Position numbers and translations under genes: made by a program. Below, piece after piece: positions 43,397 through 53,305 of a DNA stretch of 64,000 bases. Numbering within the stretch: position 1 is the first letter of the stretch; each line of letters starts with the position of its first letter. Where the stretch lies: the IMG/VR virus record IMGVR_UViG_3300025133_000022, positions 64,001 through 128,000 of that record; one strand, 5' to 3'. The DNA comes from a virus. The notes beneath the pieces were generated by a model. That model ran no database searches. It was not told the DNA's origin and was given only the letters and a program-made list of their open reading frames with translations.

Positions 43397-44594
43397 CTGG
43401 GCTTTCGTAGAGCATGCCACCAAGCAGCTCATGCGAGGACGCTCAGGTGATTCAAAAGGACCAACCTTCTGGCCTTCAGAGGCCAGTGCAACCTACGTAA
43501 ATGATGAAGGGAAAGAAATAACTGTTGGGAAATGCCGAAGAGCAATATTCTTCAGGTATCTTATTGACAGTTATAAATTCTTTGAAAAGTACAAAATCTG
43601 GCGACCTCTAGTTGAGAAACTTAAGAAGGAGTCAAAACCTGTAGACCGCTACATGCTATGGATCTGGGCAGCCGGCAACCAAGCTGAAGACTTCCTAATT
43701 GAACAAGCAAAGAAAAGCGGCATCTACGTAGACGAACAAGTCCCAGTGTATATCAAGTCCCACAGAGTATCAGGTAAGAAAGACATTGAAGTTCACAACC
43801 CAGAGACAAGTAAGCTAAGTATCGTAGAGGCCAAGAGCGTCTACGGCTTTGGAGCTAACACAGTACTCGGAACTGAATCCCAAAGAAGGCGAGGATTCAT
43901 GGGTGAACCAAGAGAAAGCAACCTGATGCAGATTGCTCTCTATCATTGGTGGTCCGCCAGTTTGGATGCCGCCTATGAAGAGAGTCGTCTAGTGTACATC
44001 GCAAGAGATACAGGTAGGTATGCAGAATATCTAGTACGTACCATCGATGAAGACGGTACAATTCACATTGAATATAGACCCTGGCACCCAAACAAGGGAG
44101 CATGGACACGAGTAGCATTCACCATCAATCATTTACTAGATAGCTATGAAGCCATCCAGTTAGCTGTTGATAGTGGGCGAATTCCACCAAGGGACTTTGA
44201 CATATCGTGGAGTAAAGAACGCTTAGATCAAACCTTCAAAGCTGGAAAACTAAGTAAAGGTGAAGCAGACAAGTATGTAAAAATCGAGGCACGCAAGGCT
44301 GAGAACGCCTGGATTGCCGAGATGCAAAACCTTGACGAAGATGACCATATGATCACCGCAGCAGAAGAACGTCCAGATATCTTGCTGGCACCAGTCACCA
44401 AGCAACTGGCTAAGTTTCGTGCACATGAAGACATGGGGGCAAGTTACAACAAAGATAAAGCAAAACTTGTTAAAATGCTTCGAGCTGTCAAACCTAAAAA
44501 AGAACTGATGCCTATTGAAAAGGGTGATTGGCAGTGCAGGTTCTGCAAGTTTTCACCAACTTGCTACTTTGATGAAAATTCTGAGGAAAAATAA
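43389..44594 (+). CDS. Cas4-like/PD-(D/E)XK exonuclease
   Basis: KCRR..FF; KKDIEV...VEAKSVYG; QIALY; C-terminal CRFCKFSPTC Fe-S cysteines. Confidence 0.75.
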   Translation: MGDWAFVEHATKQLMRGRSGDSKGPTFWPSEASATYVNDEGKEITVGKCRRAIFFRYLIDSYKFFEKYKIWRPLVEKLKKESKPVDRYMLWIWAAGNQAEDFLIEQAKKSGIYVDEQVPVYIKSHRVSGKKDIEVHNPETSKLSIVEAKSVYGFGANTVLGTESQRRRGFMGEPRESNLMQIALYHWWSASLDAAYEESRLVYIARDTGRYAEYLVRTIDEDGTIHIEYRPWHPNKGAWTRVAFTINHLLDSYEAIQLAVDSGRIPPRDFDISWSKERLDQTFKAGKLSKGEADKYVKIEARKAENAWIAEMQNLDEDDHMITAAEERPDILLAPVTKQLAKFRAHEDMGASYNKDKAKLVKMLRAVKPKKELMPIEKGDWQCRFCKFSPTCYFDENSEEK

Positions 44595-44858
44595 ATGAAT
44601 ACATTCTTCTTCGTTAAGGTAAGACTAGGAAAAACACAAGGGCGCCGAAGCTGGAGCTTCGGACCCTTTGTTCAATTTGAAGACGCAACTCGCCTTCTAG
44701 ACCATATCCCAAAACTCATTATAGGAATGGGTTCAATTCCAAATCGATATACAATGACAATTGAAGAACGCCACTTGACTCAAGGCAAGTGGGTCAAACT
44801 TAATACAAGAAGTAAACTTACAGTTAGTGAAAACATGGTAGTAACAGAATCTAGATGA
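44595..44858 (+). CDS. Hypothetical protein
   Basis: ORF track; coupled. Confidence 0.55.
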   Translation: MNTFFFVKVRLGKTQGRRSWSFGPFVQFEDATRLLDHIPKLIIGMGSIPNRYTMTIEERHLTQGKWVKLNTRSKLTVSENMVVTESR

Positions 44859-45901
44859 CACATATATTAGACAACAAAACATTAGCAGCCGACGATGTGC
44901 TATGCGTACCAGCCATGGGAATCCTGCCCAGCAGGTCTGATGCGAAGATAGCGCCGTTTATCTACAGCGCCCCTATGGACACGGTAACAGGCTACACCTT
45001 AACCAAAGAGCTTGTTGAGCTGGGTCACTTCCCCGTGGTTAGTAGAGCTTTAAAACGAGATGAATGGTTGCGAACCTTAAGAGAATTCGCAGGTCACCCA
45101 CAGGTCTTCTTTGCGATCGGTCTAGACCGAAATCAATTAAAAAACCTAATAGATACACTGATAGAGATGGAAATTGACAAGCCAATTAACTTGGCAATTG
45201 ACATTGCTCATGGAGATATGAAGCAAGCTCACGAACTGGCTGCCTATCTTTCAGAACTGGGCATTTGCCGCTTTATTATGAGCGGTAGTATCTGCACTCC
45301 TTCAGCTGCAATACGAGCTACAATGAATGGCTGCACTCACCTGCGAGTTGGTGTCGGTCCAGGCAGTGTATGCAGCACACGATTAATGACAGGTTGTGGA
45401 TATCCTCAGCTTAGTGCAATCTATCAAATTGCCAAGCTGGGGCCACGTGCCCAAATCATTGCTGATGGAGGAATCAGAAACTCTGGCGACGCAGTCAAAT
45501 ATCTTGCAGCTGGAGCCAACGGAGTTATGCTAGGCGGTCTTTTGTCAAAAACAGTAGAAGCTACTGGGTGGGAGTTTGTTGGGTGGGAGCAACCGCCTAC
45601 AGACGGCACAATATCTTTCCCTATGCCAAGCCCAGAACCCATCTATCAAAAGAACTTTCGAGGGCAAGCAAGCGCATCATTCATGCGCGAACATGGAAAA
45701 ACTCACGCATGTCCTGAAGGCATAGAGAAAACTATCACCTGGGAAGGTGACAAGTTAAAACATACAGTTAAAAGTTTTGAAGCTGGTATAGCCGGTGGCA
45801 TAAGTTTGCTTGGCCTTACTAGCATTGAAGAACTTGGTCCTGAAACTGTAGAAATGGTGCAGGTCACCAACAGTGCAATCTTGGAAGGAAAACCACAATG
45901 A
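44855..45901 (+). CDS. IMPDH/GMP reductase family protein without CBS domains
   Basis: SAPMDTV; IDIAHG; LRVGVGPGSVCSTR; IIADGGIRNSGDAVK.LAAGA..VMLG; FRGQAS; PEG. Confidence 0.9.
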   Translation: MTHILDNKTLAADDVLCVPAMGILPSRSDAKIAPFIYSAPMDTVTGYTLTKELVELGHFPVVSRALKRDEWLRTLREFAGHPQVFFAIGLDRNQLKNLIDTLIEMEIDKPINLAIDIAHGDMKQAHELAAYLSELGICRFIMSGSICTPSAAIRATMNGCTHLRVGVGPGSVCSTRLMTGCGYPQLSAIYQIAKLGPRAQIIADGGIRNSGDAVKYLAAGANGVMLGGLLSKTVEATGWEFVGWEQPPTDGTISFPMPSPEPIYQKNFRGQASASFMREHGKTHACPEGIEKTITWEGDKLKHTVKSFEAGIAGGISLLGLTSIEELGPETVEMVQVTNSAILEGKPQ

Positions 45902-46110
45902 TCAAAACGGTAGATATTGCATGGACTTTTACTTTTTCAACAGAGGTAGAAGTGGAAGTAGATGACGAGCTGGACGAAGAAACAGCTGATGCAGACGCAA
46001 TGAAGAAGGCAGACAATCTGATGCGGGATATGACCTTGCGTCAAGTAATCAACTACCTTTGCATTGACGACTGCTCTGCAGACAATTTCGAAACCACAGA
46101 TGTATACTAG
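45898..46110 (+). CDS. Acidic hypothetical protein
   Basis: ORF track. Confidence 0.55.
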   Translation: MIKTVDIAWTFTFSTEVEVEVDDELDEETADADAMKKADNLMRDMTLRQVINYLCIDDCSADNFETTDVY

Positions 46111-46120
46111 GAGATAAAAC

Positions 46121-46924
46121 GTGAAAAGCATTTGGGTCGCAGGAGACTTCTTCTACGACGAATTCAACATCGGTAGGTACCGGGGCGAAGGGCCCCGGTT
46201 TCTAATTGATGAAACAGTAACCAGACCTGGAGGAGCCGCCAACACACTGGCGAATGCACGGGCAATCTGCAGAAATTCTGCGATCAAATGCCAAGCCACA
46301 GGCTACTCCCAACCAAAGGTCTTACGTCGTTGGATTCAAGACGACAAAACCATTTTCGAGTACTGGGACTACCAAGGTGGTGTCACAGACCCATGGGAAA
46401 TCTTAAACAAGAAAGACCCCAGCTTTCATGGTGCCAGGGAATTCAATACCCTAGTAGTTAGTGAATACAACAAAGGGTTTAGTAAATGTGATGTAACAAA
46501 CGCAGCGGTATTCGACCTGCTTGTTGTGGATAGTAGGTACAAGACGGCACCGATCAAGGAACTAAAGCATTTGACCCAAACAAGTATCTGGCGCTGCACA
46601 GGTACAGAATACAATGAAAGGTGGGCTGAGCATTTCGACTGGGTGGTTCACACGAACCACGCTGAGAGAATCACAGTGTTCCAGCCCAACGAACAAGACA
46701 CCATTGGCAACTTATCAGCACAGATCGATGTGCCTGAACTAGATATTGTAGACCCAGTAGGCGCTGGCGATACGTTCACTGCTGCACTGGCTGCACATCT
46801 GACAAATGCTGGGGTAGTTGAATTCGAAACCTTGGTTAATGCTACTCGCTTCGCAGTTGCAGCTGCGCAGAATGCATGTGCAAAAAAATTCACAGCAAAA
46901 ACAGACGTACGATTGGAGAAATAA
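46121..46924 (+). CDS. PfkB-family sugar kinase (HldA/RfaE domain I-like)
   Basis: VAGDFFYD; RPGGAANT..N; VSEYNKG; DPVGAGDTFTAAL. Confidence 0.85.
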   Translation: MKSIWVAGDFFYDEFNIGRYRGEGPRFLIDETVTRPGGAANTLANARAICRNSAIKCQATGYSQPKVLRRWIQDDKTIFEYWDYQGGVTDPWEILNKKDPSFHGAREFNTLVVSEYNKGFSKCDVTNAAVFDLLVVDSRYKTAPIKELKHLTQTSIWRCTGTEYNERWAEHFDWVVHTNHAERITVFQPNEQDTIGNLSAQIDVPELDIVDPVGAGDTFTAALAAHLTNAGVVEFETLVNATRFAVAAAQNACAKKFTAKTDVRLEK

Positions 46925-49390
46925 ATGTACATTACGAACAAAGAAGAATTAGTAGACGAATTAAAGCCACGCCTTCGTGAATATCTTACAATGATGCTAG
47001 GCGCCGAAGCACAAAAAAAGCAGTTTTGCTGCTATGTACATCAAGAAAACACACCCAGCATGGCATACAACCCAAAGACCGGCTTCACCACCGTTCATTG
47101 TTTTGGTTGTGGTGTAAGTCATGACATCTTTGACGCATGTGAGGAGCTAGAGGGACTGCCTGCGCGTGGATCTGACTGGATTACACAAACGCTACCCCAC
47201 TTGGCGGAAAAGCTAGGTGTAGAAGTACGCCTCGGAGAAGCAAGCCCCACCGATCGAGCTAAAGGCAAATTATATAAACTATGCTCAGACATTACCAAAG
47301 TTTTAAGTGGTACCACATCTCATATCAAGTACCTACAGGAACGGGGCTGGTCTGACAAGTATTTGAAATTTGGCAACATTCCAATTGAAGACTTAAAAAG
47401 TCAACTAATAGAAATGGGCTGGAGTCACTCCGACTTGGACACCAGCCTGATGATCGAAAGCAGTCGACAGCCATATTTTGGAGAAGACATGTCTATGACG
47501 GTAGTCATTGAAGACTACCGTGGGCGTCCTATCGGATTTCAAAGCAGAAGAATAGAAGGCAAGCCCAAATACATCAACACTCCAGAAACTCTTATCTACG
47601 AGAAGAGAAAAACTCTTCTCGGTCTTAATACCGCACTTAAGCTAGCACGCCATCAAGGACTCTACATCGTCGAAGGACCTGGTGACTTGGCGTCACTTCA
47701 TCGTGCCGGTATTGAAAACGCAGCAGCTCTATGCGGCAGTAGCTTTACAGCTGACCATCTACAGCTACTCAAAATGCTAGGTATCAGGAGAGTGTACTTT
47801 GCACTGGATTGGGAAGAGAGTGGCTACAAGGCTGTCCACAGAATCTTAAAGGAAGAACTTCGGTTTGCCCCAGGTGTGAGTTGCTATGTAGTGGCAGCTC
47901 CAAAAACAGGAGAAAAAGATCCATGCGACTTCATCAACAGTCTCAATATTGATGAAGCTGAAGTAGCGTGGAGCACCTTAAAAAAGATTCCTGCTTTTGA
48001 CTGGGTCATAGATAGAATCGGTGAAAACAGCACACCTGAAGACCTGTGTGAAGAGATGGTTCCAATCATCGCAAGTGAGGAAACCGCTGTACGTCGAGAA
48101 ATGTTCGTCGCCAGTCTTGCGCGCCAAACTGGCATCAGTCATCAAGCCATTGATCAAGATGTTCGGAACATTCGTGACGGAAAAACCAAAGAAAGAAACG
48201 ATAGGCACCTAGCTGCTGGAGAACAATATATCCGCGCACTGCGTGATGAACCTGGTAACGCACAATCACTTCTAGCCGAATATGAATCCAATATAGAGTA
48301 TATTGAAAAAGAATTCGGAAAGAACACGATTGGCGTTAACTATCAACTCAGCAAGTACGAAGCACTTCAAGAAAAACGCGCAAGAGAAGCAGAGGCTGGT
48401 ATCGTTGGTGAATTCACTATGGCTCACTACACTCAGTTCAAAGAAGCTTTCTCAGGAGGTGCCACCTGGACTGATGGTGTACTCGTGTACTTTGGTGGGC
48501 GAGAAAATAGCGGCAAAACCGCTACCGTTATTGGGCTGGCTATGGACATTGCGATTAACGATTCTGACGCCATCGTATTGATGCACTTTACTGACGATTC
48601 GTTTGCACAGGTCGAGCCACGACTTAAAGCAAATATTGGCTTAATGATCAAAAACCCTGGGGACCCAACCCTTACTATTGGTATGACTAACAACCCTGTC
48701 AGATGCGAAACACCTGAAGAAAGAGCATGTTACTTTGCTGCAGATGAAAAATTCAGACAACTGATTGCAGATGAAAAACTAATCATCCTAGATATGGAAG
48801 ACGGCAGCACTCTCAGTACGTTGGAAAAAAACCTTCGGCACATCCGACGTAAGCATCCAGAAAGAAAGCTATTTGTAGTTTGTGACAACACTCACAACTA
48901 CATGGACTACCTTCAGCTGGACCAACCTACTCGTATGACTAGGATTTCTAATACTCAAAAGATGCTTACCGGCAAGTACCATTGCGCTATCTTCGCAACT
49001 GCAGAATATCGCAAGAACGCAGCCAGCGACTCCAGTAAGATGAAGCTACCAACCAACGATGACCTTGCAGACGCAAGAGCATTGAAGTACCGTCCCAACG
49101 CTATCATTCACGTCTACAATGACTTGAATGACCGCATGGATGATGCAGAAATTTTCTGGGAAAGCGATCACCAACGAGGTGAGCGACTACCTCGACTCAT
49201 GTTAGTAGTGTCTAAAAACAAAATCAGCAAATACAAAGACAAACTCATGATGGATCTTGACCCAGTCACTGTTTGTCTTCGCGAATACGATACGAATAGA
49301 GCCAGAGAAGAATCTGAAGAATTCTTCGAGAAAAAAGAAAACGGTGAAATCACCGTACAAGATGGTGTGATCGTAGAAGCAGACTGGTAA
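46925..49390 (+). CDS. DNA primase-helicase fusion
   Basis: CHC2 Zn finger (CYVH...HCFGCG); RPIGFQSR...PKYINTPET; TOPRIM IVEGPGD; DnaB-like GRENSGKT and later motifs. Confidence 0.85.
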   Translation: MYITNKEELVDELKPRLREYLTMMLGAEAQKKQFCCYVHQENTPSMAYNPKTGFTTVHCFGCGVSHDIFDACEELEGLPARGSDWITQTLPHLAEKLGVEVRLGEASPTDRAKGKLYKLCSDITKVLSGTTSHIKYLQERGWSDKYLKFGNIPIEDLKSQLIEMGWSHSDLDTSLMIESSRQPYFGEDMSMTVVIEDYRGRPIGFQSRRIEGKPKYINTPETLIYEKRKTLLGLNTALKLARHQGLYIVEGPGDLASLHRAGIENAAALCGSSFTADHLQLLKMLGIRRVYFALDWEESGYKAVHRILKEELRFAPGVSCYVVAAPKTGEKDPCDFINSLNIDEAEVAWSTLKKIPAFDWVIDRIGENSTPEDLCEEMVPIIASEETAVRREMFVASLARQTGISHQAIDQDVRNIRDGKTKERNDRHLAAGEQYIRALRDEPGNAQSLLAEYESNIEYIEKEFGKNTIGVNYQLSKYEALQEKRAREAEAGIVGEFTMAHYTQFKEAFSGGATWTDGVLVYFGGRENSGKTATVIGLAMDIAINDSDAIVLMHFTDDSFAQVEPRLKANIGLMIKNPGDPTLTIGMTNNPVRCETPEERACYFAADEKFRQLIADEKLIILDMEDGSTLSTLEKNLRHIRRKHPERKLFVVCDNTHNYMDYLQLDQPTRMTRISNTQKMLTGKYHCAIFATAEYRKNAASDSSKMKLPTNDDLADARALKYRPNAIIHVYNDLNDRMDDAEIFWESDHQRGERLPRLMLVVSKNKISKYKDKLMMDLDPVTVCLREYDTNRAREESEEFFEKKENGEITVQDGVIVEADW

Positions 49391-49423
49391 ACCAATCAAC
49401 AAAAGAAAAACAAAAGAAAAATA

Positions 49424-50095
49424 ATGAACTTACTAAAAATCGGAACCAACACAAAATTAGGCAAGGGTATCGCGGGCTTTTCGCTGCCCGCGATATCAAC
49501 TTGTCCAGGACGCACAGCATTGTGTGAAGGAATTTGTTATGCAACAAGCGGATTTTTCCGTTTTAGGAACGTACGTACGTCACTACAGAGGTCTCTTAAG
49601 GCTGCTGGGGATGATGGATTTGCCACTATCATCAGCAGTGAAATTAGCAGGAGACGAAGCATTAAAGCGGTGCGCATTCACCCCGCTGGTGACTTCTATA
49701 GCGTTGAATATATCAACAAGTGGATTAAAATCGTTACAGACAACCCCAATACCAGCTTCTGGGCTTACACCAGAAGCTGGAGAGTCCCCAAACTTGTCCC
49801 AGGACTCAAGGAGCTCGGAGAGCTCCCCAACATTGAACTCTTCGCCAGCATTGACGAAGAATCAGGGCGCCAACAGAAAACAGAGAAGAGCACAGCAGCT
49901 AGAACTCAAAAGGTTTCTAAAGTCCCTCCGAAGTGGCTCCGCACTGCGGACGTTGTCGATAGCTGGAAAGAAGTAGACAGCACCTACGTCCAGTGTCCTA
50001 ATCTAAAAAATAAAACCATTACGTGTGCTAAGTGCACGTACTGTTTTAAGCCCGCAGGAGGCAAGAAAATGAACGTAGTCTTCACCAAACACTGA
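49424..50095 (+). CDS. Gp88-like protein (radical-SAM-related fold)
   Basis: FSLPAISTCPG...CEGICYA; VRIHPAGDFYS; FWAYTR; CP...TCAKC..C. Confidence 0.75.
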   Translation: MNLLKIGTNTKLGKGIAGFSLPAISTCPGRTALCEGICYATSGFFRFRNVRTSLQRSLKAAGDDGFATIISSEISRRRSIKAVRIHPAGDFYSVEYINKWIKIVTDNPNTSFWAYTRSWRVPKLVPGLKELGELPNIELFASIDEESGRQQKTEKSTAARTQKVSKVPPKWLRTADVVDSWKEVDSTYVQCPNLKNKTITCAKCTYCFKPAGGKKMNVVFTKH

Positions 50096-50102
50096 GGAAC
50101 TC

Positions 50103-50369
50103 ATGAACGCAACCGAAGCAAGAAGACTCCAAGATGCTTTCTTTATGAGCCAGCAGCTCGACATGGATAGCATCCTGTCCGAAATCAAGAAAAAAGCTGC
50201 TCAAGGCTACGACAGCATTAGCATCGATGTTGCCAGCATCGACTCCAGGGCCGTAGCCAGAATCGTAAAACAAACCACAATCAAACTACAGAACCTAGGG
50301 TTCACCTGCAAGTACCACGCACATAGTGGACGCAACGAAACAACAAGATACATAGAGGTCACCTGGTAA
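50103..50369 (+). CDS. Hypothetical protein
   Basis: GAGG RBS. Confidence 0.6.
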   Translation: MNATEARRLQDAFFMSQQLDMDSILSEIKKKAAQGYDSISIDVASIDSRAVARIVKQTTIKLQNLGFTCKYHAHSGRNETTRYIEVTW

Positions 50370-50695
50370 TGTACACAATTACAATCTTGACCAAGAGTGG
50401 CAACACAGCCATTCACAACGTCAGCGAATACGTATTCCAGTCATTCAAGGATTGGTTAATTGATGGAGAAGGCACAGCCAAAACGAACAGCACAATGTTC
50501 CAAGATGGCCTTCCAAACAATCTCAATAACGGCTACCATCAGAAGCCATGCAACATCTTCCTGTTCTCCGATGGAGCAATCCAACGGGACAACATCGATA
50601 CCATTAGCTGGGGAGAACTAGTCAAGCAGCCAGCGACAGTACCGCGTCAACGTATCGAAATGCTTGACAAGCACCCTGACGCGGTGAGCAATTGA
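50369..50695 (+). CDS. Hypothetical protein
   Basis: TAATG coupling. Confidence 0.6.
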   Translation: MYTITILTKSGNTAIHNVSEYVFQSFKDWLIDGEGTAKTNSTMFQDGLPNNLNNGYHQKPCNIFLFSDGAIQRDNIDTISWGELVKQPATVPRQRIEMLDKHPDAVSN

Positions 50696-51015
50696 GCAAA
50701 CTAGAAGACGCAGGGTGGGATGCCTTCCGAAACGAAGGCATGCTTTGGTGGATCAACAGGATCCTACACACCTTCGGGTGGAGTATCATCATGTCCTACG
50801 ACGAGCAAAACAACTTCATCAAAGCATTCCCAGCCAGAACAACTTGGCTGGACTTCGATGAAGAAACCAATAAGCGCAGACTCAAGCAGTTTCAAAACAA
50901 GGGTAGTGTACCAAACCCCAACGCCCTCACTGAAACAGCAAAACAAAAACAGTCGGTAGATCCGACAGGAGAAACAAATGAGCAACACATTAGAAACCAG
51001 AAGTATACCAAGTGA
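50692..51015 (+). CDS. Hypothetical phage protein
   Basis: W..FR..GMLWWINRILHTFGWSI...FPART pattern. Confidence 0.65.
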   Translation: MSKLEDAGWDAFRNEGMLWWINRILHTFGWSIIMSYDEQNNFIKAFPARTTWLDFDEETNKRRLKQFQNKGSVPNPNALTETAKQKQSVDPTGETNEQHIRNQKYTK

Positions 51016-51535
51016 CCTTAAGGTTGGAGATCGACTCAGTCGAGTCAGCTACATGAAGATTCTTGGCAAGAGGGGTAACAACTTCTCTGTTGAGAACGAA
51101 GAAGGTATGACCTGGACCGTCGCTGGCTCTATCCTTCAAAACGAAGCCTTCAGCGCAACTCAATTCACTAAGGAACGCGAGGTATCTCGTACTGAAATGG
51201 TTGAGGCCCTTGAAAGCGCTGGTGACAGTGTCTTCACCGTCGTGTTTGACAAAAAGGTTAGTCAGAAATCCATCGCTCAAGAAATCACTGACCTTCAAGC
51301 AGACGAAGAAGGCTTTCAGACTATGAGCAAGCGAGACATCAACAAGTTGGCCAAAACCCTACTAGCAGGTACAGAACGGCGCCTTGTCGGCTATCTAGCA
51401 AGCACTGAGCCAAAGATGGGTCGCAGTACCGTAGTTGATCTTGAGATCGCCACAGATAAGCACAGGCTTCGTCTCGTGGACCACAGGACCATCAAGGAGC
51501 TAGTGCTTCGTAACGTTCGTTACACACTGAAGTAG
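50978..51535 (+). CDS. Hypothetical phage protein
   Basis: AGGAG RBS; FTV.F.KK...GEER.L.G...GRS.V.DL...RLVDHRTI pattern. Confidence 0.7.
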   Translation: MSNTLETRSIPSDLKVGDRLSRVSYMKILGKRGNNFSVENEEGMTWTVAGSILQNEAFSATQFTKEREVSRTEMVEALESAGDSVFTVVFDKKVSQKSIAQEITDLQADEEGFQTMSKRDINKLAKTLLAGTERRLVGYLASTEPKMGRSTVVDLEIATDKHRLRLVDHRTIKELVLRNVRYTLK

Positions 51536-51539
51536 TCCA

Positions 51540-51815
51540 ATGGCCAGCACACCAGCATCAGTCGTTAATCACGCTGTGGTGGAGCTGACCGGACTGGGGA
51601 GGAAGCTGTCGTTCACAGTGATCGGCAGCGACTCCCCAGAGCTCCCTCCGGGGAGCTCTTTCGTTTGCCCAGGCCATGTGTGGTCTGCAGCATTCGCCGG
51701 CAACCACCCGCACGTCAAGTGCGATATCCAGCCAGGACACGTCTACTTCGTAGGCAAGCTAAAGACATTCTGCGCACAGAATGCATGGGGCAGAGAATGG
51801 AGACCATTTAGATGA
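51540..51815 (+). CDS. Hypothetical protein
   Basis: ORF track; coupled. Confidence 0.5.
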   Translation: MASTPASVVNHAVVELTGLGRKLSFTVIGSDSPELPPGSSFVCPGHVWSAAFAGNHPHVKCDIQPGHVYFVGKLKTFCAQNAWGREWRPFR

Positions 51816-52090
51816 AAACCACACCACTAGGCGAGACCTTTACCGGCGTCCTCGAATTCGACGGCGGCATGTACAACAACAGGAGTAGTTGGCTTGTAGT
51901 CAACAGTGACAATCCAAACGTCGCCCCAGGCATGCGATGCCGCGCCATGAACAGCAGACTTGAAACCCTCTTTGAGGGCAAGAGAAAGAACTACAGCTTT
52001 GGCACCGCGCCCAATGGGCGCTTATTTATCACGGGTCGCTTCAAGACCAGGATGCTATACGGCAGTGCCCTCACGGTGCCTCATGCTTAA
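51812..52090 (+). CDS. Hypothetical protein
   Basis: ATGA overlap. Confidence 0.55.
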   Translation: MKTTPLGETFTGVLEFDGGMYNNRSSWLVVNSDNPNVAPGMRCRAMNSRLETLFEGKRKNYSFGTAPNGRLFITGRFKTRMLYGSALTVPHA

Positions 52091-52325
52091 AGAAGACGTA
52101 TTTAAGATCGCGCGGGAAGCGTGTGCGGAAAGTCCTTGCTGGCTAAGAGTGAGCACAGAGTACTCTGGAAAGTTCATCAAGCTGCAAGTTGTTCATCACG
52201 CGCCTCACAAAAGCATACAAGATAGCATTACCATGAGCATCGACCCAGCTTGGGAAAGAGAGTTCATTGTCAAAAGCATTACAAGCACTGTCGACAGGTT
52301 GATTAAATATATTGGAAACAAATGA
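52083..52325 (+). CDS. Hypothetical protein
   Basis: Start re-called to MLKEDV. Confidence 0.55.
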   Translation: MLKEDVFKIAREACAESPCWLRVSTEYSGKFIKLQVVHHAPHKSIQDSITMSIDPAWEREFIVKSITSTVDRLIKYIGNK

Positions 52326-52537
52326 CACTAAGCGAATTAAAAACACGACTTGAAGAAACTGATCAAGAACTCATCAGGGCAACAACTGATGATATGGTTG
52401 TTGACGAAATGTTAGCTCAAGCAAGCAGTATTAACAACAGTTGCATAAACGATATAGTCGACTTCCTGCTAGAAAGTGGCTACCAAATTAAAGAATTGGT
52501 AGAAAAGTTAGAAAGTACAGGAGTGTTGAATGCATGA
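52322..52537 (+). CDS. Hypothetical protein
   Basis: ORF track. Confidence 0.55.
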   Translation: MTLSELKTRLEETDQELIRATTDDMVVDEMLAQASSINNSCINDIVDFLLESGYQIKELVEKLESTGVLNA

Positions 52538-52841
52538 CATGCTAGGTAAGGTAATCGCTAATGGTGATGTAGTTCTGTTCCTCAAGGACGGGTACCACGG
52601 CGCCAGTCACATGGTGGGTGTAGTTGAACGCCAGACTCCTAAGAGAGTGCGGGTCTTCGCTGCCCCTCTACCACAGAAGAAAGACGACTGGGTTCCTAAG
52701 AGCACTAGCAAGACACCAGGCAAGCTCCTGGTTGTGACAGGAGCTACTGGAGTTGTTGGCCATCCTGTTACTCAAAAACTAATTGCGTTACTCAAGGAGA
52801 GTAAAGATGAAAATTCACGAAGCAATTCCTCACGGACTTGA
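52530..52841 (+). CDS. Hypothetical SH3-like protein
   Basis: AGGAG RBS; DMLGKVIANGDVV. Confidence 0.6.
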   Translation: MHDMLGKVIANGDVVLFLKDGYHGASHMVGVVERQTPKRVRVFAAPLPQKKDDWVPKSTSKTPGKLLVVTGATGVVGHPVTQKLIALLKESKDENSRSNSSRT

Positions 52842-53049
52842 AGAGCAAGTCAAATTCGTGGGAACTATAAGGTTGCTGCAGGGATATACAATTATCGACA
52901 TCGTCGATCTTCCAGACAAGCATCCAGGCAAAAGCATTTACGCTGAGGACCCTGCTCGCGGGTGGGCCTTTACCTACCTGTATAAAAGCATGCTAGAGGA
53001 AAACAGGCGAATCATTCATGCAATCACAAAGGAGAGTGAGTGTGAGTAA
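52807..53049 (+). CDS. Hypothetical protein
   Basis: AAGGAG RBS; MKIHEA. Confidence 0.55.
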   Translation: MKIHEAIPHGLEEQVKFVGTIRLLQGYTIIDIVDLPDKHPGKSIYAEDPARGWAFTYLYKSMLEENRRIIHAITKESECE

Positions 53050-53302
53050 CCTGGTCCTAACGGCAAGCCAAGCAGCAGAAGCCAACTTGTGTTGGGGCGG
53101 CACCCTCACTGAAGAATCTCTCGTAATTAACCGCCTGGCAGCTACTGTCAGTTACCTTTATAAAAAACTTGAAGACAGACCCTTGGGTCTGGACAAAGAG
53201 ACTATTGCAAAAGCCATCAACTCCGAACTGGACTGGCTAACACTCGACCAATGTCGTTATGCAGCCAACTGCGTAGTAACGGCAATCCAAGAAGAAGGAT
53301 GA
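53042..53302 (+). CDS. Hypothetical protein
   Basis: AAGGAG RBS before GTG. Confidence 0.5.
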   Translation: MSNLVLTASQAAEANLCWGGTLTEESLVINRLAATVSYLYKKLEDRPLGLDKETIAKAINSELDWLTLDQCRYAANCVVTAIQEEG

Positions 53303-53305
53303 AAA